The translations under genes and the position numbers were made by a program. This document shows, one piece after another, positions 1 to 8,778 of a DNA stretch of 64,000 nt. Location: the NCBI GenBank assembly GCA_012965045.1, contig DTSZ01000001.1, positions 439,763 to 503,762 of the forward strand. The letters run 5' to 3'. Below the pieces are notes generated by a model. That model had not been told where the DNA came from. It saw only the letters and a program-made list of their open reading frames with translations, and did not search any database. Within the stretch, counting starts at the first letter, position 1; the number at the start of each line of letters is the position of its first letter. The stretch comes from Candidatus Saccharimonadota bacterium. GTDB lineage: Bacteria > Patescibacteriota > Saccharimonadia > Saccharimonadales > DTSZ01.

Positions 1-1170
1 TATCTTACATACAAATTTCTAACAAGCCTTTGGTTTGTTGGTGCTGTTTGGCTATATTTTTACAGAATTTTCATAACTGACCAACAAGTTGGCGTTCTAG
101 ACGGAATGGCTTTTGCGATTGGTTTATTAGCTGAAGTGCCGTCTGGTGCATTAGCAGATAAGTTTGGTAGAGATAGGATCGTTAAACTGGGTCAGGTTCT
201 AGCAGGTAGCGGTTTACTAATCCAAGCTACGGGTAGTAGTTTTATGCCCTTTTTTGTTGGTCAGGCAATAATGATGATTGGTGTTGCTTTTGTGTCTGGA
301 GCTGACGAGGCTTTGTTCTTTGAGAGGTTGAAGTTCAGCAGAAAGTCTGTGGACTGGAGAAAGCTAGTTACAAGAGGCTCGCAAGTTGCCTTAATGGCTA
401 CCCTACTGGCTACAGTTGTAGGTGGATTACTCCACACTATAAACCCTCGTCTACCGTGGTATTTGAACGGATTAGCTTTCATCGTTTCGATAGGGGCTAT
501 TTGGTCAGTCAAAGACACTAGGCCTAGAGCTAAGCGTGAGAAGTTTATGCCTGAGCTAAAAAGCTACTTTGTAGATATAAAAATGGGCTTCGCTGAGTTT
601 AGTAGACCAAAGCTACGTCTTTACGTTCCTTATATACTTGCAGTACAAGGGCTATTTTATACAACTGGCTACGGTTTACTAAGGCTTATTCTGTTAGATC
701 GGTTTACTTTCTCTCCATTCTGGGGATCCGTTGCTATAGCTAGCAGTAGCTTAATTACAGTAGGGCTTCTAGCTTATATGCACAAAAATGCCGAGGATCT
801 AAGCGAGCGTAACGTACTTGTAATAATTGGCTTAATCGCTTCATCGAGCCTATTGCTGTCTTTGGCAAACATCGGTTTATTCGGTTATATAGTCATTCTT
901 GCTCTATATGCTGGTGAACACGTTCTGCAACCGTTCCTTAGCGAAGTGTTAAATCATCGAGCATCTGACGACAGAAGAGCTACAGTGCTATCCGTTGCTT
1001 CATTCCTGAAGTCATTGCCATATGTGTTACTTGCTCCAATAATTGGCTACCTTAGCTCTAACGATAAAATAGAGTACTTCTTCATTGCTTGGGCTGGAAT
1101 AATTTTCTTCGCAGTGTTGCTGTATATCAGCCAGAAGAAGCAAGATACACACATTAGCCTAACTGACTGA
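1..1170 (+). CDS. MFS-type transporter, 5' end outside the window
   Basis: Frame 1 is open from nt 1 (YLTYKFLTSLWFVGAVWLYFYRIF... precedes the tracked Met at 106). Many hydrophobic helices. MFS loop motif GALADKFGRDRIV after the second visible helix. Confidence 0.8.
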   Translation, partial: YLTYKFLTSLWFVGAVWLYFYRIFITDQQVGVLDGMAFAIGLLAEVPSGALADKFGRDRIVKLGQVLAGSGLLIQATGSSFMPFFVGQAIMMIGVAFVSGADEALFFERLKFSRKSVDWRKLVTRGSQVALMATLLATVVGGLLHTINPRLPWYLNGLAFIVSIGAIWSVKDTRPRAKREKFMPELKSYFVDIKMGFAEFSRPKLRLYVPYILAVQGLFYTTGYGLLRLILLDRFTFSPFWGSVAIASSSLITVGLLAYMHKNAEDLSERNVLVIIGLIASSSLLLSLANIGLFGYIVILALYAGEHVLQPFLSEVLNHRASDDRRATVLSVASFLKSLPYVLLAPIIGYLSSNDKIEYFFIAWAGIIFFAVLLYISQKKQDTHISLTD

Positions 1171-1193
1171 CCACCCCCCTATGCTTTTGGCCT

Positions 1194-1209
1194 GACTTTT
1201 CGAAAAGTC
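1194..1209 (+). terminator. 16-bp perfect palindrome GACTTTTCGAAAAGTC, 24 nt after the MFS stop; weak terminator or protein-binding site
   Basis: Read directly from the sequence. AU-rich stem with no following T-run, so terminator function is doubtful. Confidence 0.25.
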
Positions 1210-1268
1210 CGTAAACGCACCCATCAGCTAAAAACACGTCTACTTCAATTTTTGGTTTGATTTGGAAT

Positions 1269-1366
1269 ATACCCAACAAAAACGGGATTTTCTAAAACAG
1301 GGGTAGCGTTAAAAATTTACACCCAACAAATCTAATAGCTTAACAGAGGAAAAATTGTTGGGTAGA
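1269..1366. repeat. Three copies of YACCCAACAA upstream of the island operon: two direct, one inverted
   Basis: ACCCAACAAA occurs at 1271-1280 and 1321-1330, exactly 50 bp apart. The inverted copy TTGTTGGGT lies at 1355-1363. All three sit 60-150 bp upstream of the ATG at 1424. Confidence 0.5.
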
Positions 1367-1423
1367 AACTGTTAGTTATTTGCTAGTTTATATAGTCTCA
1401 ACACATCGGTATAATAAAGTTAG

Positions 1424-3970
1424 ATGAGACGCAAGTTAATTAGTAAGAGCTACCTTTTCTCCCGCCTAGGCACTTCTAGGTATTTTTGGCGTGCTCGGCA
1501 TAAAATTGCAAAAATTAACTTTAGACGGTTACGGACTAGTCTTGTGCTCAAAAATACCACCGCTACTGCAAAGACAGAAGTTCAGTATTGGCAAGCGATG
1601 TCCAAAGGCTCTACTGCTCCAATAGTGTTGGCGGTCGTGGTCGCACTTGCTTTGTATGCTCTTGAGCGAAATATCGCCGTCATAGCAGACCTAGGTTTGA
1701 TACAAAACACCTTTATTGGCAGGTACTTAAGTCGAGGCCTCGATCAAAACACATATGTGCAATTGCTAACTGCTATCGCAAGCGTAACGGGCGTATTCTT
1801 GGGTTTATACTTTACTGCCGTCAGTACCGTGATCTCTAACACATACTCTTCTGTTTCAGGGAATGTAAGAGAGCTTCTTCTCAAGGATAAGATTGGGAAT
1901 AATTACGTTAAGTTGGTGTCATTCTTGACTGCGCTATCAGTCATTCTTTTGTCGGTTAGTGTAGCTGGAGTTGCACCCCTTCATATAGCGGTTCCGCTAT
2001 TGGCAGTCGTTTCGTGTTTAGCCATTTTTGCTTTTGTTAATCTCGGTAAGCGTGCTTTTTTCTTATCTGACCCAACTCTTTTCTTCAACACGTTGTCGAG
2101 CGAACTACTTAAGTGGGTAAGGCAGGCAACTCATCGCGGTCATCACTGGAGAAATTCTAATTTTCAAGAGCATTATCGTAGACAGGCTCTAAAATCTGTT
2201 ACGACTGTGGCGACGCTCGCCGAAATATCTAGCGAAAAGCCTGAGTTGCAAGGTCAGGCACATCCAGAACTGTTAAGAAAAATGCTATTACTTGTAAATG
2301 TCTACCAAGAAGAAAAGCTTTCTATACCCTCTACGAGTAACTGGTTCAGCAAAAAGGCTCAACATAAGCAATGGTATCTGACAGAAAGTACTGAACTCGA
2401 GAGTGCTACGCAGACATACACGTCCCTAAAACCAAACGAAATGCCAGACACCACTTGGCTAGAGGACGCTATGCTAGATGTCATATTCAAGGCAAATAAG
2501 GCAGATTTAGAGCAAGGTAACTATCAAGCTCTTTATAATAAAATACTAAGTTTGGATGATTTTTTTAAGGAAACTAGCAATAAATGGCTTAGCGAGAGCG
2601 GTATCGAATGGCAGACAAAGCTTTCTAAAGATATAGTCAGTCAGTTGGCTAGCGATGCTGAGATTGATGAGCAACAGGAGCAGTACTCTCTTGCTGTTGC
2701 CGACATAGTAGCAAGCCTACCAATGTCTTTGGAGCTTGGGTTTGCGAAAGCTGTGGGTGAACTTAACGCGGATAAACTACGCACAGATCTACTCAATACG
2801 AACTGGCTTAAAAACAGCTCACCTTATGGCTTTAAATTACCACCAAACACAATTAAGACACTAGAGAAGATGCACGAGGGATTTGTATTTGAGAAGCTAG
2901 CTAATGCTTCACACAGAACCCAGAATTGGTACGTTACCGAATTAATACTCCACGACCTTGATATGGCACTCTATGGCCAATGGCAGGCACTTATATCGAT
3001 GCTCGAGACTTGGTACAAAGACGCTGGGGTAGCTTTAAGCAAAGCTAAGAAATATAAGCACTCTGCAATTATATACAGTAGAGCTATTGAACAAGCCTGG
3101 AAACTCGATAGTCACATCGAAACATTAAAGGAGCTTTCAAAGAAACTGGGCGAAGATAGCAAAATTAACTTTGAAAAAAACGCTGAATGGAATTGGGAAA
3201 AAGAGCACGACAGGGTTACCAAGTTCAGGGATATGGCTATAGAGGGTCAATCAAAACTCATACCCAAATTGTGGAACACAGAGAAACCAGACCCTGAAAT
3301 GCCTGATTTATTTGGGGGTGCAGTTCACTTCACAGGAGAAGCTTGTTACCGTTCGCTGGAGGCAGGCGATGCTGAGAAGTTCAAGGCACTGTTCCGAACC
3401 TACTTCTTTGGGATAATAGGTATATTTGATAGCGTGAGACCTCAAGTTCTCGACTGGGAGCAGGCGTCGGCAATATCTTGGATGTCTGAGCCAATTCTAG
3501 ATTTATTTGATATTAGTGGCTATGCATATGTATTTGCGGAATACCACGATATGCCCGAGATATGGAACGAATGTAAAACTGTATGGGACACATACATAGA
3601 GGAACTTCCTGCTCAACTACCTATATATGCAACTATCTCCAAATATCATCAAACCCCAAGAATGATGATTACGCCTCGTGCAACGCTCCGAAGTAGGTGG
3701 CAGATTGCTTTAGGAAAGCTACTCAGCGACCTGCATAAGCAGACAAATTCTTCTGGCTACTACTCTCAACCACGAGTTGAACATTCTAGTGAACTGATAA
3801 GAAATATAGCCCCCTTGAGCGACAGTGTACCCTCTATGTTCGTGGATGCTATAGATATATTTACCGTAAAGTATCTTATTACATTACAAGCTAGTAACGA
3901 ATTAGATTTCGGTATGATCGAAGATAAGATATCAAACATTAACGGTAGTGAAGAGGTGGATAATGAGTAG
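1424..3970 (+). CDS. Hypothetical multi-pass membrane protein with a large helical C-terminal region (848 aa)
   Basis: Long ORF. Basic N-terminus, then about four hydrophobic helices (APIVLAVVVALALYAL, LLTAIASVTGVFLGLYFTAVSTVI, LVSFLTALSVILLSVSVAGV, LLAVVSCLAIFAFV), then about 630 aa of W/E/K-rich soluble sequence. Alternative start at Met59 (nt 1598). Confidence 0.75.
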   Translation: MRRKLISKSYLFSRLGTSRYFWRARHKIAKINFRRLRTSLVLKNTTATAKTEVQYWQAMSKGSTAPIVLAVVVALALYALERNIAVIADLGLIQNTFIGRYLSRGLDQNTYVQLLTAIASVTGVFLGLYFTAVSTVISNTYSSVSGNVRELLLKDKIGNNYVKLVSFLTALSVILLSVSVAGVAPLHIAVPLLAVVSCLAIFAFVNLGKRAFFLSDPTLFFNTLSSELLKWVRQATHRGHHWRNSNFQEHYRRQALKSVTTVATLAEISSEKPELQGQAHPELLRKMLLLVNVYQEEKLSIPSTSNWFSKKAQHKQWYLTESTELESATQTYTSLKPNEMPDTTWLEDAMLDVIFKANKADLEQGNYQALYNKILSLDDFFKETSNKWLSESGIEWQTKLSKDIVSQLASDAEIDEQQEQYSLAVADIVASLPMSLELGFAKAVGELNADKLRTDLLNTNWLKNSSPYGFKLPPNTIKTLEKMHEGFVFEKLANASHRTQNWYVTELILHDLDMALYGQWQALISMLETWYKDAGVALSKAKKYKHSAIIYSRAIEQAWKLDSHIETLKELSKKLGEDSKINFEKNAEWNWEKEHDRVTKFRDMAIEGQSKLIPKLWNTEKPDPEMPDLFGGAVHFTGEACYRSLEAGDAEKFKALFRTYFFGIIGIFDSVRPQVLDWEQASAISWMSEPILDLFDISGYAYVFAEYHDMPEIWNECKTVWDTYIEELPAQLPIYATISKYHQTPRMMITPRATLRSRWQIALGKLLSDLHKQTNSSGYYSQPRVEHSSELIRNIAPLSDSVPSMFVDAIDIFTVKYLITLQASNELDFGMIEDKISNINGSEEVDNE

Positions 3971-4880
3971 ACTATCTCGACGATATTTTCCAAGAAAGAG
4001 ACGCCCAAAGGATGAGCCAGCACATTATGCATTTATGTTCATACGAGATATACATACGGGGATAATGCCCTTTCGAACTGGTAGGGAGTACCCCTTTACA
4101 GTTAAATTAAAGCGAGTAAACGAAAGCTTAGAGGTACAATTAAAGGACTTTTTAAGTATCGGTAAAGGTACAGGCTGGTCGATAACAGAAGAGTTAAGCA
4201 ATATAGTTGGAACACTTTCTCATTACTTAGTGGCTCTTGGTGAAATCTATATAGAAATTGTGCAAGATGATGAAGGCGACAAGAAGAGCTTGGCAGGGAA
4301 ACAACTCGTCATCTTGCCCAGAGGTAGGGTTTTAAGAGTATATAAGTATTACATTCAAGTTGTGCCTATTGAAAGCTGGAAGCGTGGTGAGAAAAAGTTT
4401 CATCTTATACCTTCTAAGAACATTTGGCACCTCAAGTTGCCTAAAAAGCTAGGCTCTCCAAGCAGACACCGTAGAACCCTAAAGAAACTTAATCTACTAT
4501 CCAATACGACGCCGGCATTTGTATTTGAAGACGGAAAACTAGGAGGGTCGGTATATTATGATTTCGCTAAGCATCGTTTCAATAGCGAAGTAGCTGTTGA
4601 GAACGTTACTTCAGAATGGGGCAGTATATGGAGCTTGGGGCAGATTAAGGGCACTACAGAGTACTACTATATCGTTAACAGGCTCAGGTCGTGTCGTTCG
4701 CAAGCCCTACTTCGCGAACATATTATTTCTGAAATCAATAGACTGATTTCAAGAATTGGCGTCAAGAACTCTATTCAGGTTAAAGGCTTAGCAATTTCTT
4801 CAGATATAAGCGAAGCTATATCTAAACTCGAGAAGGGTGAAATTGGCTTTCAAGAGGCAATGAAAGCTACTAAGAGCTAA
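3963..4880 (+). CDS. Hypothetical protein (305 aa), translationally coupled to the 848-aa gene
   Basis: ATG at 3963 is preceded by AAGAGGTGGA (SD about 7 nt upstream) and overlaps the upstream stop (ATGAGTAG). The tracked GTG at 3948 has less support. Confidence 0.7.
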   Translation: MSRLSRRYFPRKRRPKDEPAHYAFMFIRDIHTGIMPFRTGREYPFTVKLKRVNESLEVQLKDFLSIGKGTGWSITEELSNIVGTLSHYLVALGEIYIEIVQDDEGDKKSLAGKQLVILPRGRVLRVYKYYIQVVPIESWKRGEKKFHLIPSKNIWHLKLPKKLGSPSRHRRTLKKLNLLSNTTPAFVFEDGKLGGSVYYDFAKHRFNSEVAVENVTSEWGSIWSLGQIKGTTEYYYIVNRLRSCRSQALLREHIISEINRLISRIGVKNSIQVKGLAISSDISEAISKLEKGEIGFQEAMKATKS

Positions 4881-4888
4881 AATATCGT

Positions 4889-5380
4889 ATGAGTACTCAC
4901 AAAATATCCAAAAAAGGGCTAGAAAGGCTGAAAGAGGAGTTTCCAGAAGGCTTTGACCCAGAAAGGAGTTACGGCATTATTCCAAAGCAACCGAGACCAG
5001 AAGACACAGTTTATTGGCTCGATTACGATCCAGACAAACGCTATTTGAAGCTCAATAGTTTTGTAATACAGTCCTTTCAAATGGGTAGCAATGCCGACAC
5101 TTACTTCACTAAGCTGTTTGCCAAAAAAGGCTGGATTAAGAAAGTTACTGTAAAAAAGCCTGCTAGGGCTGGTGTACTAGTAAACAATATCAAGATGCCC
5201 CTTAAGCTACGTAATGCTATCTTCGATTTCGGAGCCAAAGGAACAATACTTGAAGTCCATACTGTTATTAGACGTGAGCGAGCTAGAAACTTCAGTGTCA
5301 TAGACAAAGAAGTGCAGGATTATTTGGTCAAATGCCGAGATAAGCACTACTCCCTGGTAGACGCTGGAAAACGAAAATAA
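4889..5380 (+). CDS. Hypothetical basic protein (163 aa)
   Basis: ORF starts 8 nt after the upstream stop, on the same strand and in the same apparent operon. No recognisable motif. Confidence 0.6.
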   Translation: MSTHKISKKGLERLKEEFPEGFDPERSYGIIPKQPRPEDTVYWLDYDPDKRYLKLNSFVIQSFQMGSNADTYFTKLFAKKGWIKKVTVKKPARAGVLVNNIKMPLKLRNAIFDFGAKGTILEVHTVIRRERARNFSVIDKEVQDYLVKCRDKHYSLVDAGKRK

Positions 5381-5429
5381 ACTACACAGGATTTGCGACG
5401 ATGGCTAGTTTTCTTGAGAGGATCGGCGT

Positions 5430-5579
5430 ATGGAAACGCCATCAACGCAAAAGAAAGATAAGCAATCGGACACTCTGATTGAGTTTGTCGAGTTGTTGGC
5501 TAAAATTGAAACTACTCCCGAGAAAATAAAGAAAAATAGCGATAAGATGACCGTGGGTACGCAAGTTATCACTTACTGA
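5430..5579 (+). CDS. Candidate small ORF (49 aa), not in the ORF track, upstream of the recombinase
   Basis: ATG at 5430 is preceded by GAGAGGA with 6-nt spacing. Translates to METPSTQKKDKQSDTLIEFVELLAKIETTPEKIKKNSDKMTVGTQVITY. TGA stop at 5577-5579. Confidence 0.3.
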   Translation: METPSTQKKDKQSDTLIEFVELLAKIETTPEKIKKNSDKMTVGTQVITY

Positions 5580-5609
5580 CCATCTACAACTACGCTAAAA
5601 TGGTGTTAT

Positions 5610-7193
5610 ATGGCGAGCTTATTAGGAGATACAGACTTTACTAAATTTAGGTATGTTTTGTATGCTCGCAAGTCTACTGAAGATGAGGGCAGTCAAATGC
5701 GTTCAATCAAAGATCAGATTAAAGTATGTAAAGAGTACGCTGAACGTAATAATCTAAACGTAGTCGCCATCATTAAAGAAGACAAGTCGGCGAAAGTAGC
5801 AAACAAGCGGTCAGGCTTTAACGAGGTTGTAAGCGAGCTAGAGACTAAGGACGGTAAATATGACGCCATACTCTCCTACGCACCAGATAGACTGGCTCGC
5901 AATATGCTCGAAGGTGGACTGCTAATAAACCTGGTAGATGATGAAAAAATAAAAGACCTCAAGTTTCCAACACACCACTTCACAAACGACCCATCGGGGA
6001 AGCTAACGCTAGGAATTATGTTCTCTATCTCTAAGCACTTCTCTGACGCCCTCTCAAGAGGCGTTAAGCGAGGTAATCAAGGCAACCTAGAAGAAGGTAT
6101 CTCTGCTGGTGTAGCTAGGTGGGGTTACGACAGAGACGCCAACGGGCACGATAGACCCAACGAGATGTTCGATCTGATCAAAGAGGGCTGGGAAATGCGA
6201 GCTAGCGGAGAGACGATTGCTAGCGTAGTCAAATTCTGGAAGAGAAATAACGTTCATAGAATGACGAAAATAAACCGCAAGAACAAAGTATCTAAAAGAA
6301 AAGAAATGACTTACAGTACCGCAACGAAGCTGTTTAAGAGCCCTTTTTACTACGGAATACTGGTGCAGTCAGAGCAAGAAGTAGACTTACGGCTCTTACC
6401 TATCAACTTTGAGCCAATGATAAGTGAGGAGTTATACAATCAAGTTCAATCGCTAAGTGAAAACAGATCAAAACTTAAACCAAAGACCAGTAAAAAAGGT
6501 ATATTTTACCCTTTCAGAAATATGGTTTTTTGTGGTGTTTGTAGGGGCGATATACCGATGCGACCTGGCAAAAATAAAAGCTCAAGCGGTAGTTACGGCT
6601 TAACCTATCGTTGCGACAATAAGCCTTGCGATAGAAAAGTAAAATCTGTTAGAGCTAAGTACATTCTAGATGACTTATATAAGGTACTCGATACACTGAA
6701 ATTCACTGAAAAAGAATACAACCAGTACAGTAAGCGTATGGAGGAATTTACTGCTGAAAAGATTGTTGAACTACGAACTGAAAAGCGAAGTCTAACTGGT
6801 AGAAAATCAAACCTCGAAAGTAGTTTCAAAACTAAGTCTCGGCAACTAGCAGAGCTTGGCAAAAGTTCGCCAGCTTTCACAACCTTAGAGACAGACTTAG
6901 AAGTGATGCAAGATGAACTGCTTGACCTAGAAGATGAAATAGCAAAGATTGAAGCAAAGCTAGTAAATCCGACCAAAATCAAGATGACCAAAGATAAGTT
7001 TTTGAACCTAGCAAATACTGCTTCTGACAAGATGAGAGCGGGCACTCCGCTAGAAAAAGACGTACTGGCACGAATAATGCTTTTGAACTTCACTATAGAC
7101 GACGAAAGGGCGCCTTCCTACCTCTGGAAAGAGCCCTTTGATAGCTTATTAAAAGCTAAGAATATTCGTTCTGGTGCGCGAGAGAGGACTTGA
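5610..7193 (+). CDS. Large serine recombinase (resolvase/invertase N-domain, recombinase domain, Zn-ribbon, coiled coil)
   Basis: N-terminal YARKSTEDEG catalytic-serine context, DRLARN motif, Cys cluster CGVCRG...YRCDNKPCD, and a long charged coiled-coil tail. The 527-aa size is typical of large serine integrases. Confidence 0.9.
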   Translation: MASLLGDTDFTKFRYVLYARKSTEDEGSQMRSIKDQIKVCKEYAERNNLNVVAIIKEDKSAKVANKRSGFNEVVSELETKDGKYDAILSYAPDRLARNMLEGGLLINLVDDEKIKDLKFPTHHFTNDPSGKLTLGIMFSISKHFSDALSRGVKRGNQGNLEEGISAGVARWGYDRDANGHDRPNEMFDLIKEGWEMRASGETIASVVKFWKRNNVHRMTKINRKNKVSKRKEMTYSTATKLFKSPFYYGILVQSEQEVDLRLLPINFEPMISEELYNQVQSLSENRSKLKPKTSKKGIFYPFRNMVFCGVCRGDIPMRPGKNKSSSGSYGLTYRCDNKPCDRKVKSVRAKYILDDLYKVLDTLKFTEKEYNQYSKRMEEFTAEKIVELRTEKRSLTGRKSNLESSFKTKSRQLAELGKSSPAFTTLETDLEVMQDELLDLEDEIAKIEAKLVNPTKIKMTKDKFLNLANTASDKMRAGTPLEKDVLARIMLLNFTIDDERAPSYLWKEPFDSLLKAKNIRSGARERT

Positions 7194-7258
7194 ACCTCCA
7201 CGGGATTACTCCCACTACCCCCTCAAGGTAGCGCGTCTACCAATTCCGCCACTCGCGC
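7172..7258 (-). tRNA. tRNA-Leu (anticodon GAG), class II with long variable arm and encoded CCA
   Basis: The reverse complement folds as acceptor GCGCGAG/CTCGCGC, anticodon stem CTACC/GGTAG with loop TTGAGGG, variable arm TGGGAGTAATCCCGT, T-arm GGAGG-TTCAAGT-CCTCT, discriminator A and CCA. Confidence 0.9.
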
Positions 7259-7401
7259 ATATAGACACTATCGAATAGTTTAGAACAGATATTAAATATA
7301 GGCTAGTTACTCCAAATATATTCATAAACCAGAATTTAAATATACCCCGACCTACAACCATCCAACGCATCTACAGGAACCAGTGATCTGTATGATTACC
7401 T

Positions 7402-8712
7402 TTACAACTGCTCTTCTATTTCTTCTACATGAGTGATGGCATCGTCACCCATAAGACGGCGGAGCGTGTTTTTAAGCATGGTGTGCTGAATAAACAGGTC
7501 GTGTTCAGACGGGGAGCCGTCACTTGTTTGTGGGCCCTTGAAATAAAAGCTCAGCCAATCTTGTACTCCACCTAACCCAGCTCGGGCAGCAAGGTCTGTA
7601 AACAAAACAAGATCAAGGACAATTGGTGCAGCCAAAATTGAGTCTCTGCACAAAAAGTTGACTTTAATCTGCATTGGATACCCCATCCATCCAAAGATAT
7701 CGATATTATCCCAGCCTTCTTTTTCGTCGCCGCGTGGTGGGTAATAGTTAATTCGAACTTTGTGGTAATAGTCTTTATACAGTTCTGGGTATACATCTGG
7801 CTGTAGCACGGTGTCGAGCACCCCAGCTTTGGTAACCTCTTTGGACTTAAAGTTTTCTGGGCTGTCTAAAACTTCACCATCGCGGTTGCCTAAAATGTTA
7901 GTCGAAAACCAACCATTCAAGCCCAGCATGCGAGCCTTTAGCCCTGGTGCAATAATCGTTTTTATTAAAGTTTGACCTGTTTTAAAGTCGCGACCAGCAA
8001 TTGGAATATTACTACTTTGTGCAAGATTCGAAAGTGCTGGTACATTTACAGTGTTATGTGGAGCGCCGTTAATATATGGCACGCCTTCTTTTAAAGCAGC
8101 GTAAGCGTACAGCTGAGATGGTGACAAATCGTCGGAATCGTCAGCTATCGCCTTCTCGAACTGCTCAATGTCCTCGTGCACTAAACTTGGCTCGCTGTGA
8201 GCCTCGGTTGAGCCACACCATATCATCACTAAACGCTCACAGTTATTTTCAGTTTTAAACGATTTAATTTCTTGCCGTAATTCTGCGACTTTGTCAGCCA
8301 GCGACCCAGTTTTTATATTTGGGCCTTCAATGTTTTTTATAAATTTGCTTGAAAACACCGCTTTCATAGGCTTTATTGCAGAAAGATCATCTTTAACTTG
8401 CTCTAAATGGTGCGGGCTTAATACGCCGGCGTTAACAGCTGCTTCGTACATGTTTTCTTCGAAAATATCCCAACCACCAAAAACAAGGTCTTCCATATTT
8501 GCCAATGGTACATAGTCTTTTATTTTTGGAAACGACCGGTCATTGCCAGACCCTACCCGTATGGTTTGCATTTGTGACACCGAACCAAATGGTTGAGCTT
8601 GGTCTTTTCGCGCTGCGAAAACCCCAGCCATAAATGTTGTTGCCACCGCTCCCATGCCTGGCATTAAAATACCCAATTTACCTTGTGCAGGCTTAATATC
8701 TTTAGATTGCAT
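7402..8712 (-). CDS. Inositol-3-phosphate synthase (MIPS family)
   Basis: N-terminal GILMPGMGAVATTFMAG dinucleotide-binding region and the NILGNRDG motif typical of the family. SD GGAGGGAG before the ATG. Confidence 0.8.
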   Translation of the reverse strand: MQSKDIKPAQGKLGILMPGMGAVATTFMAGVFAARKDQAQPFGSVSQMQTIRVGSGNDRSFPKIKDYVPLANMEDLVFGGWDIFEENMYEAAVNAGVLSPHHLEQVKDDLSAIKPMKAVFSSKFIKNIEGPNIKTGSLADKVAELRQEIKSFKTENNCERLVMIWCGSTEAHSEPSLVHEDIEQFEKAIADDSDDLSPSQLYAYAALKEGVPYINGAPHNTVNVPALSNLAQSSNIPIAGRDFKTGQTLIKTIIAPGLKARMLGLNGWFSTNILGNRDGEVLDSPENFKSKEVTKAGVLDTVLQPDVYPELYKDYYHKVRINYYPPRGDEKEGWDNIDIFGWMGYPMQIKVNFLCRDSILAAPIVLDLVLFTDLAARAGLGGVQDWLSFYFKGPQTSDGSPSEHDLFIQHTMLKNTLRRLMGDDAITHVEEIEEQL

Positions 8713-8778
8713 GAATCTCCCTCCAGGCAGTTTGCTGCCTTCTCGTATTTAAGCTGATTTATGTCTAATTATAGCAGC

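Larger units (their letters stand above)
1171..7193 (+). mobile_element. Putative integrated element at tRNA-Leu: serine recombinase plus a 3-gene cargo; left boundary unresolved
   Basis: The recombinase ORF ends inside the tRNA 3' end (overlap 7172-7193). All island genes are on the plus strand, opposite to the downstream backbone. No direct repeat of the tRNA end was found at the left side. Confidence 0.5.

Noticed and set aside
1171-1423. Searched for a direct repeat of the tRNA-Leu 3' end (tggtgcgcgagagaggacttgaacc) to mark the island's left att site
   Set aside because: No match of more than a few nt is found here or in the MFS gene. Serine integrases need only a 2-bp core, so absence does not disprove integration, but the left boundary cannot be called.
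6605-7093. 162-aa antisense ORF inside the recombinase gene
   Set aside because: It is a Ser/Leu-rich shadow of the coiled-coil coding region with no RBS. The sense frame carries clear serine-recombinase motifs.
1171-7193. GC-content contrast between island and backbone
   Set aside because: Hand counts of sample 60-nt blocks give about 41-42% in both the island and the uvrA region. I cannot support a compositional anomaly without a proper sliding-window calculation.
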